Below, one piece after another: positions 46,905 through 61,408 of a stretch of DNA of 64,000 bases. The DNA comes from Octopus vulgaris. Its lineage: Eukaryota. The position numbers and the translations under genes were made by a program. The stretch spans positions 40,114,001-40,178,000 of the forward strand of contig OX597839.1 in assembly GCA_951406725.2 (NCBI GenBank), in the 5' to 3' direction. Below the pieces are notes generated by a model. The model did not search any database and was not told the DNA's origin. It saw nothing but the letters and a program-made list of their open reading frames with translations. Each line of letters starts with the position of its first letter. The first letter of the stretch is position 1.

Positions 46905-47055
46905 GATGAATAAGCACAGTCTGAAATATTGCTTTAAGATACACGCCTGTTCAAGTATCATGAAAGCATGGAACTGTTAGTAGATCTTTCGGTTATGTAT
47001 CTAAATTGATATTTATTTCGTTATCACACACACACAAACACACACACACATACAC

Positions 47056-47266
<211 letters not shown>

Positions 47267-47523
47267 GTGTGTGTGTGTATTTACAGTCTGTGCTTTTTTT
47301 TTGCGTGTGTGTTTGCAGTAATATTTGGAGAATGGTTAAGTTCAATGTGTCAACACGAAATGAATCATTTGAGGAATATTATTTCGTAGACGAAATTCCG
47401 ATGATAATATTACAAAATTGAAGAGGTGAAAAGTTAAACTAGGAATATGTTGGTAATACGTTAATTATATTGTGTATTTCTAGTTCAGGCCATCACTACC
47501 TATTTCTCCTTCCTCGCCCACAC

Positions 47524-47589
<66 letters not shown>

Positions 47590-48367
47590 TACACACACAC
47601 ACAAATACACACACACACACACACACACACAAATACACACACACACACACAACACACACACACACACACACAAACACACAGAAATACACGCACCGACACA
47701 CACATATTTATGAGGTTCGTATATGTGTATGCGCGTGTATGTATGGGCATATAATTATGCAATTATATGCAACACCGAACACACACCATTCATTCGTACA
47801 CAAAATAACTAATTATCCGGTCCTAATCAATAATAACTCAATATTCCTAAGCACGTACGACTATGAACCGAAAATGTACTCGCGCAAAGACCTACCTACA
47901 TACACACTCACGTACATACACACATCATATATAAATACATATATGTATACGTACGTACATACATACATATATACAAAAGTACGTGTGTGTAGCGTTACAT
48001 ACTAGCAGACTGTTCAATTCTGCCTCGTTGGCAATGTGGGCCTTCGTGACCTAAATTCTAAAGTGAAATCCTTAGGTTGAAAAGGGAGTCGATAAATAGC
48101 CTGCCATGTGTATATGATCGCTACCGAGAATTACAAGAGTGTGTTCGTGTGCCTGTGTGTGTGACTGTGTGTGTGTCCGTGTGTGTATATTCATACATCT
48201 ACACACAATATAGATATCATATATGTATTCATCCTTATCTTTGAGTATATATATGTATAGATATATATATACGCTATTATACATATGTGTATATATATAT
48301 ATATATATACACATATATATATACATATATATATGTATATATATATATATATATATGTGTGTATATG

Positions 48368-48429
<62 letters not shown>

Positions 48430-48934
48430 CTAGCAGTATCACCCGGCGTTGCTCGGGTTTGTAAGGGAAATAACTATATAAGCATTTTTAGTGAGTTACT
48501 TCCCTTATAAATTCGGGCTTTCTTAGCCATTTTTGTTTTGGTGTCTTCAAGCCATGAAGTCGTTGTTCTAAAAGAACGCTGGTTTCCTTCACAACGCATT
48601 ACGACGTTGATTTCTTTACACTCCCTTCCCCACAGCTTCACGAGGGAGGGAAGGGGGAGAAGCAAACAGGTGCAGTTGTGAGCGTGGACGCCAACTCCGC
48701 CGCCATCGACACACGATGCATTTTATGCATTAAAATGGAATAAAAAATGATGTTAAATTATTTTTAAAATCCTAGACTCATCGTTGACGCGCGCTAATAG
48801 TCAGACGGGCTCGATATGAATCACGACTATAAGATACCCGAATTTGGTTAAACTGCACCGCAAAATGTCGGAGGAGTTAGGAATCTAAATCGAAGGGGAC
48901 AGACACTCACACAAAAGAGTTTTATATATATAGA
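48430..48934 (-). mobile_element. Non-autonomous Helitron-like element, copy 3, with an extra internal segment
   Basis: Termini are TC and hairpin-CTAG within (TA)n. It shares both ends with copies 1 and 2 but carries a unique segment at about 48510-48715. Confidence 0.78.
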
Positions 48935-49332
48935 TATATATATATATGTATGTATACGTTATTATATATATTTCTTACGTTATATATTACATATATAAGC
49001 ATGTAAATGCGTATATATTTTCTACGCACACACAATGACTCACATCCACATATACTCATACATGCACCTACACACACACGTGTGTACTGTGTTTCACACG
49101 TAATATATATATATATATATATATATATATGCTATCATATTGGTGCGAAGTATATATACAAAGCGTTTGGGAACACAGGCGGAGCTGCCACATACACATA
49201 CATACAGACACACACAGAGTCACAAACACATGTGTATGTTTCTATAATCTTCCATAAGCTACGCAATCTGTCGTTACATTACCACTAATAGTTTCCCCAT
49301 AATATGCTTTAGTGTGCAATATTCTCTATATA

Positions 49333-49613
49333 GGCGCAGAAGTGGCTGTGTGGTAAGTAGCTTGCTTACCAGCCACATGGTTCCGGGTTCAGTCTTACTG
49401 CGTGGCACCTTGGGCAAGTGTCTTCTACTATAGCCTCAGGCTGACCAAAGCCTTGTGAGTGGATTTGGTGATAAAAATGGTAAGACAACAAAAGAATGAA
49501 AAAGACCTCGATATTATGTAATTAGAGGGATTTATCTGTAAATGGAATATGTGACAATTATTCGGTAGCCATGATAAAACTCCGAGTTTCGGATGCCGAG
49601 GTGGAAATCCTTA

Positions 49614-49649
<36 letters not shown>

Positions 49650-49890
49650 TGTATGTATGTATGTGTGTGTATATGTTTGTGTGTTTTCCCCCCAACATTG
49701 TTTGACAACCGATACTGGTGTGTTTACGTCCCCGTAACCTAGCGGTTCGGTAAAAGATTCCGATAGAATAAGTACTAGGCTCACAAAGAATAAGTCCTGG
49801 GGGTCGATAAGTTCGACTAAAGGTGGTGCTCCAGCATGGCCGCAGTCAAATGACTGAAACCAGTAAAGGAGTAAAAAGAGTAAAAGAGTA
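49333..49890 (+). mobile_element. SINE family A split by a pLTR-like fragment (about 49470-49610)
   Basis: A head at 49333-49469, then an insert homologous to 19057-19212, then (TATG)n and the A 3' half to aagagtaaaagag. Confidence 0.8.
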
Positions 49891-50633
49891 AGCTGGCAGA
49901 AACCTTAGAGTCTCAGACAGAAACGCCTTACAGTGTCTCTTCCGGCGCTTTGAGATCTAGTTTCGAATCATACCAAGGTCGACTTCCCAATTTCTTTCTT
50001 TCGTTGTCCAATAAAATAAAGTAGCTGTCAAATATTGATCCCGATTATAAATCGATCAATTCAATCCTCTCAAAATTGTTTACTTGTGTCTAAGTAAAAA
50101 AAAACAAAAAAAACAAAAAAAACAACTTTATTTACACAACTGAAAAATATTATTGATTTATTTTTATAACTGCTGGGGAAGTTTATTAGCGGAAGATTGG
50201 AAGTGTTTTAATTCATTTTATAAATTATTGGTTTTGTTAAACTTCACAAAAATATTTTCTGTATGTTCATTATTCTTTTCTTTATCTCCAATATGTTGTT
50301 TCTCCTTAAAGGATTTTTATTAGAAAATATTAGATATTTACTTTCACTTTTTTTAATCGTTACTATTTTAAAGACGTTCTTGAAATATTCGAGAAGGGAG
50401 TTGTTAGGAAGGTGGGTTTTTCCCTCTGGCCCTAAAACCAAATTTGAATATTTGAATTATCTTTTTAGTGATAAAAAAAGATGAACAGGAAAAGAAAGAA
50501 CGCCATCCATCCACATTCTTCCAAAGAAATCATTCGTATTTTAATAAAGTTTTATCGGATTCGATCTCTGATTCGGAATCAAGGACAATCTCTGAAGGCT
50601 CAATATTATGTGTGTATTTGTGTTTCTTCCTGA

Positions 50634-50699
<66 letters not shown>

Positions 50700-50896
50700 G
50701 TCTATCTATATATAGATCTACCTGTCTGTCCGTTTGTCTGTCATACACACACGCATACACACACACACATACTCTCTCTCTTTCTCTCTCCATATATACA
50801 TGTGTGGGTGTGTGCATATATCTATGTATATACATATATATACACAATATATATAAATAAATATATATTAGTAAATATATATACATACATATACAT

Positions 50897-50935
<39 letters not shown>

Positions 50936-51256
50936 AGGGTAAAGACCCCCCCTCGGTCATGAATGACCATGGGATTGCACCTAGAAAGTTACCCTCCTAG
51001 AAACAATTCCGGGCAAGGTTGTTTATGGAAGACCAGCAGTCGCCCATGCATACCGGCCTCCCCTCTCCACGCCACCAGTGTTATCCAAGGGAAAGACAAA
51101 GGTCGACACAGCTTGGCGCCAGTGACGTCGCAACCCATTTCTACAGCTGAGTGAACTGGAGCAACGTGAAATAAAGTGCCTTGCTCAAGAACACAACACC
51201 CAGCCCGTTCCAGGATTCGAGCTCACAACCTCACGATCGTAAGCTCGATGCTCTAA

Positions 51257-51260
<4 letters not shown>
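50936..51260 (-). mobile_element. tRNA-derived SINE, family D
   Basis: Minus-strand head ttggttagagcatcgagcttacgatcgtgaggttgtgagctcgaatcctgg, central gtgttcttgagcaaggcactttatttcac block, tail ggtcattcatgaccgagggggggtctttacc. Confidence 0.8.
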
Positions 51261-51297
<37 letters not shown>

Positions 51298-51301
<4 letters not shown>

Positions 51302-51484
51302 CATTTTATAGGAGGAGTTGTACAGGACTAGAACTGTTTCATTCAAAAGAAATCATCAGGATGATTTCTTTTGAATGAAACAGTTCAAGTCCTGTAGAAG
51401 CTCCTTCTATAAAATAAATTAATTTACTCTGCTATGTATTGAGTACCTTATTTACTGTGGTTAACCCCGACTCAACCCGGGGCT

Positions 51485-51488
<4 letters not shown>
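51298..51488. repeat. Fold-back insert whose turning point lies in a hammerhead-like core
   Basis: About 51305-51356 is inverted at about 51361-51415 with spacer cagg. The minus strand reads CUGAUGA-U-UUC-UUUU-GAA-U-GAAACAGUU. Confidence 0.7.
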
Positions 51489-51521
<33 letters not shown>

Positions 51522-51534
51522 TATTTTTTTCAAA

Positions 51535-51737
51535 ATGTGACCTCGTGTGTACCGTTGGCGATTTTTTTCTTCTGTCTTCATTTCTCTGGATCTTTCCTTC
51601 TCCTATGTTTCTGACGAAGAGCTCCGCTCGAAACGTTAAACCCTCCTTCTTTCCTTCTTTCCTGAGCGTCCAATAATACTATATTTGTTCCACGTCCTCG
51701 CGTTGTTGTGTTTTTTTGTGCTTTTTTGTTTGGATTA

Positions 51738-51740
<3 letters not shown>
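51535..51740 (+). mobile_element. About 205-bp hammerhead-motif repeat, copy 3 (canonical core)
   Basis: Motif at 51607-51641: GUUU-CUGACGA-A-GAGC-UCC-GCUC-GAA-ACGU-U-AAAC. Confidence 0.78.
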
Positions 51741-51789
<49 letters not shown>

Positions 51790-52957
51790 TATACACACAC
51801 ATATATGTACATACCTAAATGTCGAAAATGAGAATTTACAACAATATAGCTGTAACATCGCTCAGCACAATACGTATGAAACATAGGAAAGAGTTCCATG
51901 TTTAGAAAGGCATAAATAGCTCACAATGATCCGATGACCAAGTTTTCAGGATTTCCAATAGCGTGTTGTTTGATTACTATGTTTCTCTATATAGATTCAA
52001 AAGGTTACGTAGCCAAAGTCAATGTCTTCTTTTTCTAGTAAGTGTAAACACACACATACACATATACACACACATAAACACACACAAACTCACAAACACA
52101 CACACACACTCACATACTCAGGCACACACACGTGAACAGACATGAACATACACACGCACAGAGCAGCACACACACACACACACGTACATACAAATACACA
52201 TGAACACACACGCATCAACACGCACACAAACACACACACTAGCACATGCATCAAAACACACACAAACACACACACACACGCATCCTTAGCATTTATCCTC
52301 CAAATACAGTAGTCTGTGAATAGATGTACTTTTCCCTCGAATACGAAAACGGATCAAAGTATAAATAAAAGAAAAAATTATGAAGAATTACCAGCATCAG
52401 AACTGGTAAGGCTATCATAGGCATCAGCGAAACTTCGAAATACAAAATACAAAAAAAAAAAAAAAAAATTAAAAAAGACAATAAAAACAGAAACGAAATA
52501 AAAACTAAACAAAAAACAACTAAATAACCAAAACAAAATATAATAATAAAAAAAAGAGATAAAGTTGAAGAATTTCCAGTCAAATGATGCGTGCGTGATC
52601 TGGAAATGAATATTGATGTGAAATTCTCTGTAATAAATTCTTCTGCAAACGTTTCTCTCTGAAAATGGTTCTGCAGAAACGGTTATATAATCTAATGCTT
52701 AGTTAAAGAATTTGTTGTATCCAAAAAAAAAAAAAAAAAAAGAGAGAGAGAGAAAAAAAAAAAACAAAAAAAAAAACACAACACAACATATGTGAATGTA
52801 TTGATTAGGTGATTGGCTGATTGGTTGATTGGTTGATTGATTGGTAGGAGATTAATGGTTGATGGTTGATTGAGTGAGTGGTTGAGCGATGGATGGAGGG
52901 ATAACGGTGGAATTTCATTATGTAGGGCAGTAGTACTCTAATACAGACGCAATATCC

Positions 52958-52974
52958 ACGACGACGACGACGAC

Positions 52975-53040
<66 letters not shown>

Positions 53041-53102
53041 GGTGATGATGGTGATGATGATGATGATGATGATGGTGATGATGATGGTGATGGTGATGAT
53101 GG

Positions 53103-53133
<31 letters not shown>

Positions 53134-53135
53134 GG

Positions 53136-53170
<35 letters not shown>

Positions 53171-53817
53171 GTGATGATGGTGATGATGATGATAATGATG
53201 ATGATGATGGTGATGATGATGATGGTGATGATGATGATGAAGATGATGATGGTGACGACGATGGTGGTAGTGGTCGTGGTGGTTGTGGTGTTAATGTTGA
53301 TGACGGCGATGTTGACAATAGTGATGATGCTGCTGATGATGATGATGACGGCGATGACAACGATGGTTATGGGGATTATGTTGATGATGATGGTGATGAT
53401 GATGATGACGAGGGCGATGACAACGATGGTTTTAAAGATGATGATGGTGGTGGAGGTGACGCTACCGCTGCTGCTGCTGCTGCTGAAGTTGATGACGTTG
53501 ATGGTAGTGGTGATGATGATGATGATGTTGATCACGATATTGCTGGTGATGGTGGTGGTGATGATAATGTTGATGACAATGATGATGATAATGTGGTGGT
53601 GGCGGTTCTGGTGGTGGTGGTGGTGGTGCTGATGATGTTGACGATGATGATGGTGGTGGGGTGGAGGTGACGCTACCGCTACTGCTGCTGACGCTGATGG
53701 TAGTGGTGATGTTGATGATGATGATATTGATGACGACGCTGCTTGTGATGGTGGTGGTGATGATGTTGATAATGATGACAATGATGAGGTTTATGTCGTG
53801 ATGGTGGTGATGATGAC

Positions 53818-53864
<47 letters not shown>

Positions 53865-53865
53865 G
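52958..53865. repeat. (GAT)n/(GGT)n compound microsatellite
   Basis: Seen directly. Confidence 0.95.
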
Positions 53866-54184
53866 TTTATTTGTCACCGGGAGAGGAAGGTGACATAAGA
53901 TGAAAGTATAAATAGTGCAGAAGTTATGTGAAGATGTCCACAATGCCGACTTGTTGGAAGAATTTCCATCTGGGAATAATAGAGAAAACCGCGATAAATA
54001 TCAGAGGGAGGTGAAAAGAGAGAGAGAGGAAGAGGGCGGAGGAGAAAGAGGGAGTGATGGAGAGAGAGGAGAGGGAGGGAAAGAGGGAGAAAGAGAGAGA
54101 GAAAGAGAGATAGAGATAGAGAGGGAACGACAGAAATAGTGGCAGAGTAGTATACACATACATACATATATATATACATAAATG

Positions 54185-54298
54185 CGATGGGCTTCTTTCA
54201 GTTTCCGTCTACCAAATCCACTCACAAGGCTTTGGTCAGCCCAAGTTTATAGTAGAAGACACTTGCCCAAGGTGCCACGCAGTGGGACTGAACCCGGA
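54185..54298 (-). mobile_element. SINE family A fragment (an older decayed copy lies at about 54570-54690)
   Basis: gggcttctttcagtttccgtctacc...gggactgaacccgg. Confidence 0.8.
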
Positions 54299-54881
54299 GC
54301 CAAATAAATACCCAAATAAATATTTGGATATTAGAATAACCTTTCGCGGAATTAGTATGTTCATACAGAACGCATTCCGTACTACTCGAAATGTAGTTAC
54401 GATATTAAACCAACGCTGTAATCCAATATGGACAATCAACGCGGTCAACCACCGACAGTTCACACAGGTTTTTATTTTATTGAAATTGCGTAAATCTACT
54501 TTCAGTCACGTGAGGGTGGTCAGGATCCTTCCACAACAGATTCACACAGTTTTCGTCTTCCGAATTTATTCACGAAGCGCTTGTTCGGTCCGGAGTTATA
54601 CTGGAAAACATTTACCCAAGATGCTACAATGGCAAAATGCAATACAGACCCAGAAATTACAAGGCGAGATTCTTAACCAAACAGCAATGGTGCCGTTCAA
54701 GAATTTGGACCTGGAGATCTCCATTTCCAGCGACTTCGAGGGCCACCTGCCAGTGGTGTCGGGCGTCAACGAATTGCCCTCGACTACAAGACGACCAAAG
54801 AATTTTCTTTTTCAAGGTCTGGGGTCTCCAGCCCCTAAGCCCTAGACCATCACCTAATCACCCTTACCCGTCTTGTTGCTT

Positions 54882-54915
<34 letters not shown>

Positions 54916-54942
54916 GCAACAACAACAGCGACGACGACGACG

Positions 54943-54975
<33 letters not shown>

Positions 54976-55499
54976 CAGCAATTGTCGGATCAGCATTCCT
55001 TCAGCAAAACGAAATGTAGTTGAATCAATGTGAATCTCTCAAAAAGGAATTGAAACTGCATCGCAAAGAGACAAGCTTTTGATTTGGGTTGGGCTACCTG
55101 CCTCGGGACTATGTTTCAGTGCGGATACACTAGATGTAAAACGAGAGCTGACAATTGTTCAACTGACGCGGCATAATATGAGAAACAAGGAATAACACTA
55201 GACTACATTTAATGTTGGACATCATGTAATCGAGATGCTAACACCTGCTCACGAAGACTGATTTCTTCCTCCTTAATTAACAGAGAATTATGAAGTAGAT
55301 GCTATAGACGATTAGCTATTTCATTAAAATAACCACAACAGCAACAGCAACAACAACAACAACAGCAACGAACAACGAACAACAACAACTACAAAAACGA
55401 CAACGTAACAGAAAGATATTTATGTATTAATTTCTATGGTTGAGTTAGAGACAGTTGTAGAGTCACCGCCTCCATCTTACAACGTGTGGAGACAGCGGA

Positions 55500-56260
<761 letters not shown>

Positions 56261-56447
56261 GATAGGGATGATGAATATAATATGAAATGCTCGTCGTTTC
56301 TTTTGACTTATCCGGAGCAGATGTTTAGACCTGACAATTATCACACACACACACACACACACATATACATGTATGTATATACATATATACATATATACAT
56401 ACAAATATTATAGGTATATATACATATACAAATAAACATATACTTGC

Positions 56448-56589
<142 letters not shown>

Positions 56590-56679
56590 AATGTTTACTA
56601 TACATACATATATGCGTACAATATACATTCATGAATACATACATATATATATATGTATGCATATATATATGTATGTATA

Positions 56680-56712
<33 letters not shown>

Positions 56713-56729
56713 GTATGTATATATATATG

Positions 56730-56783
<54 letters not shown>

Positions 56784-57299
56784 TATGCGTGTGTGTGCGT
56801 GTGTGTGTGTCTAGATGTGATCAGCCGTGCTCTCCTACGGAAGACGAGTCTGTTGTTTCCTATCATCGAGATGAGTTTATGGTTGGGTGATTTTTCAACT
56901 TTGGTAAACCATAAATGATCGAACTGTTAATCAATGTCGTAACAGTAGCAGTTTAGCTTCACAAATATCAATCAGCTTTCCCCCATATTTCTATATTGCC
57001 TCTGATTAGGCCATATTGCTTCATATGAATAAACAACTTATTTCTTATAAGATATTTGTTATTGTAAGTGGAGACTATACGCGTATGTGAGTGCGCATGT
57101 GCGTCTATAAACACAAACATACGCAGATGTGCACGCTCGTACACACACGCACACATATACACATACACACACACACGTATATATGACATATTTATATAAA
57201 AACAAGTTTTTATATATTTATATTCTGTATGATATATATGTAAAAGCACAATTGTTTAGATATAGATATATGTATGTGGCTGTATATATATATAAATAA

Positions 57300-57353
<54 letters not shown>

Positions 57354-57443
57354 GTATTATATACATATCTGAATAATCTATATATAAGTGTATGTATAAA
57401 TTGTATATACACACATATATATATATATGTGTATATAAATATT

Positions 57444-57486
<43 letters not shown>

Positions 57487-57561
57487 GTATATATGTACAC
57501 ATACATATATACAGATATACGCACGCATAGATATACATAGCAATACCAACGTGTGTGTGTG

Positions 57562-57633
<72 letters not shown>

Positions 57634-58313
57634 GGAGTAAGACAGAGGGTGAGAGAGATGGTGATTATTGCTAGGTTCTAGAACCAATAACGCTTGTACC
57701 CTTTTTGCTCATATTGTGGTAATTTAGGTTCAGGTCAAAGCAGCTAAATAACCCCCAATATGAGCGAAACCGTGACCCAACACATGGCTATGATCAAAGG
57801 GCAGTTTCTCATCACCCCATCTTTAATATCTGATCTGATTCCAATATACTTAAAATGAATTTTTGATTAATCGATAAAAGATTGTAACTTCATCTATGTC
57901 ACTCTACAAAGGTTGTGGAGCCCCTACATAGACCCCCCACCAGCTAGAAATAGAAGTCAGTTTGCTTTATAAAAGGAAACAAAATGGATGATTTAGCACA
58001 GGGAAACCAATAATGCTGTGTCAGTCATGAGATATCATTCAACATAAATCTACTGGTTCAAAGTAACTCGTGACTGAACGCTAGTAAAAGCCGGTAGAGG
58101 GCGCTCGAGATTCCACAACCCTGGTAGGATCGAACTGAGAAATACATTATTTGGAAGGCGGTGCTCCAGTATGGCCGCAGTCAAATGAGTGAAATAGGTA
58201 AAAGTGTATTATGAGACTGTATCATCGAGAGACTCTATCATCGGTATAAAGATATTTTTTATAGAAATATTATTTCTAAGTCTCTCTAAAGGAGAGTAGG
58301 GCAACGGTACTGG

Positions 58314-58486
58314 ATATTAACAGTTATCGCCAAGTTAATATGGCAGTCCATAAATATAGGACTAAAGTTGCCGTTGTTTAGCTCCAAGAGGCTAGCTAGA
58401 GGCGATGGCCTCTTGGAGCTAATCAACGGCAGATTTAGTCTTATATTCATGGACTGCCATATTAACTTGGCGATAACTATTGATAT
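58314..58486. repeat. Long fold-back palindrome (arms about 80 bp)
   Basis: atattaacagttatcgccaag...ccaagaggc is inverted as gcctcttgg...cttggcgataactattgatat, with a loop of about 12-14 nt. Confidence 0.9.
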
Positions 58487-58819
58487 ATTTTATATTTCTT
58501 TGGTTTCCACTCGTTGACTGCAGCCTTGATGGAGCAAATTCTTGAAAGTGCTTTAGTTGAGCTAATAGTTGTAATACTTAAGATAGTGGTATTTTAATTG
58601 CGCAACCATCAGAGCTCGAAGCTCTCCTAAGAACGCTGCTCGTGAGATTGGTTGTCATCTGTAAAGAGTTTTGAGTAAAAAGAAGAATGAACGCGCAAGG
58701 CGCATGTGACCGCTGATTTCGTAAAACGGAAGAGAGAAGATTAACAATGTATATATATATATATATATATATATATGAATAAATGAAAGAATGGAGTCGA
58801 ACGAAGATGTTAACAAAAT

Positions 58820-58916
58820 TCCTTTACTCTCGACACATGTTTCGAAGACAGCATATTTTTATTCCGAAGGAATAAAGGGTGCATTATGCAATCTTCTCAT
58901 CAGGAAAGAAAAAGAG
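58820..58916 (-). ncRNA. Putative type-I hammerhead ribozyme with canonical core and GUC site
   Basis: CUUUC-CUGAUGA-GAAGA-UUGCAUA...UUUAUUCC-UUC-GGAAUAAA...UAUGC-UG-UCUUC-GAA-AC-AUGU-GUC-GAGAG. Predicted cut between 58832 and 58831. Lies in a TA-flanked insert at about 58777-59010. Confidence 0.75.
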
Positions 58917-59010
58917 CCTCTCTTAGCAACAAGACGAACAAAAATTTCGATGATTGCCTACATGGCAACCAAAGCGATAATGAGTGTTTTTTTTTAAAAA
59001 CCCGTTATAA

Positions 59011-59074
<64 letters not shown>

Positions 59075-59084
59075 ATATGCATAC

Positions 59085-59117
<33 letters not shown>

Positions 59118-59899
59118 TATATATATGTATATACACAGCCATGACAATCATCCGACTAATGAAAATGACAATCGTTAAAGCAGAAAAGCTTTAGTGCCCG
59201 CTGTGTTGGAAGACCATTGGCGATGAGGCATCTCTTAACTTTTGTGAAAGTATGTCTCTGAAACCCGCTTGAAAGTCTTTCGACCTCTGCTCCGATAATC
59301 GGCTGTGACTTGGTCAACGAATCCTCTGTGATGGTCAACAATGGACAGGAAGATGAACTGCTGTGGGGCACACCATCCCAAAATGTGCATGCAGGTAACC
59401 GAGGACCACCTGTGAATTTGTATTCCTGCTGAAACTCCGAACATGGACTCTACACCTCAACAGCGAATGACGACTACAACCGGTCGGCATTGAGAGGGAC
59501 ACGGTGAACTTGTTGGACGCCGCTGACCAGTACAAGAACAAGTACGAGTACTGCAAAGTGTGCAACACATTCATGACCACCTCCACTGAAGTGGTAGCAC
59601 ATGATATCATGTAGCTATAGAAATACTGTCATACAATATAAACGAGATTAAATTTCGAGTGTATTATATTAGAAGTCTCTTCAATCAGAGCTGACCTCAG
59701 GTTAGAGGCAACAAGAAGAACAACAACAGCTATTGTAAGAAAAAGAAGATGGAATACTCCAAATCATATCGTTAAGAATAAGAAGGAAAACTAAACAGGA
59801 AGAAGCGCTAAAAACGAGAACAACAACAAAAACAACAACAGCAACAACAACAGCAATGATAACAACAGCAATAGTAACTACATCAACAACTGAAGAATG

Positions 59900-59987
59900 A
59901 TGATAGTAATAATGATAATAATAAAAACAGTAATGATAATAATAACAGTAATAATAACAATAATATATAATAATAATGATAATAATG

Positions 59988-60051
<64 letters not shown>

Positions 60052-60180
60052 TAATAATAATAATAATGATAATAATAATAATAATGATAATAATAATAAT
60101 AATGATAATAATAATAATAATAATAATCAAATTAATAATAATAATAATGATAATAATGATATAATAATAATAATAATGAC

Positions 60181-60214
<34 letters not shown>

Positions 60215-60253
60215 GTAATAATAACAGTAATAATAATATTAATAATATATAAT

Positions 60254-60315
<62 letters not shown>

Positions 60316-60372
60316 TTAATAATAATAATAATAATAATAATATATAATAATAATATTAATAATAATAATAAC

Positions 60373-60448
<76 letters not shown>

Positions 60449-60450
60449 GT
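59900..60450. repeat. (TAA)n microsatellite field
   Basis: Seen directly. Confidence 0.95.
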
Positions 60451-60748
60451 GATGATAAGAGCAACGAAAGTAACACTAAGGACTAAACAGCAACAAAACA
60501 ATAACAAAACAATAACAACATTGACAACTAGAAAAGAAACGGTCTAAGTAGTAACAAGAAAAACAACATACATACAAGAAAACAATAAAAGCAACAACAT
60601 ATACACAAGGGAAAATATCAACAGCAATCACAATAATAATCATAACAACAATAAGAACAACAACAACAACATTGCTATAAACACCAAAATCAACGTTAAC
60701 AGTAACAGCAACAAATATTGCATCTAAGAAATACACATACACACACAC

Positions 60749-60781
<33 letters not shown>

Positions 60782-61016
60782 TGTATGTATATATAAGAAA
60801 AGGAAATAAATTTAAATGCGAAACTAAAATTTTTCCGACTAAATGTAGAAAAATAGATGAAAAAAAAATAAAAATAAAAAAGGAGAAAATAAAAAGATGG
60901 GGGTGTAACATGGTGGGTAGGTGGGTTGGTGGGGAATGCAAATATTAAATGACTTTTGTACTATAAAATGTCATTTTATTGTAATGGCGGTAAAACTACA
61001 CACACATTCAAATATA

Positions 61017-61067
<51 letters not shown>

Positions 61068-61121
61068 TTATATATATATATGCATATATACACGCAGACA
61101 TATATATATACATTCATACAC

Positions 61122-61162
<41 letters not shown>

Positions 61163-61187
61163 TATATATATATATACATACATACAT

Positions 61188-61227
<40 letters not shown>

Positions 61228-61336
61228 CTTGCACATCCATGTATTTTAATGTACGTGTACGTGTTTAAATATTACCTGTACGTCAATATTTCAAGATCTT
61301 ATATATATATATAAGATATATATATATATAAGATAT

Positions 61337-61408
<72 letters not shown>

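Noticed and set aside
54282-54845. 187-aa complex-looking ORF
   Set aside because: It starts in a SINE-A fragment and crosses a second decayed SINE-A. No recognisable domain.
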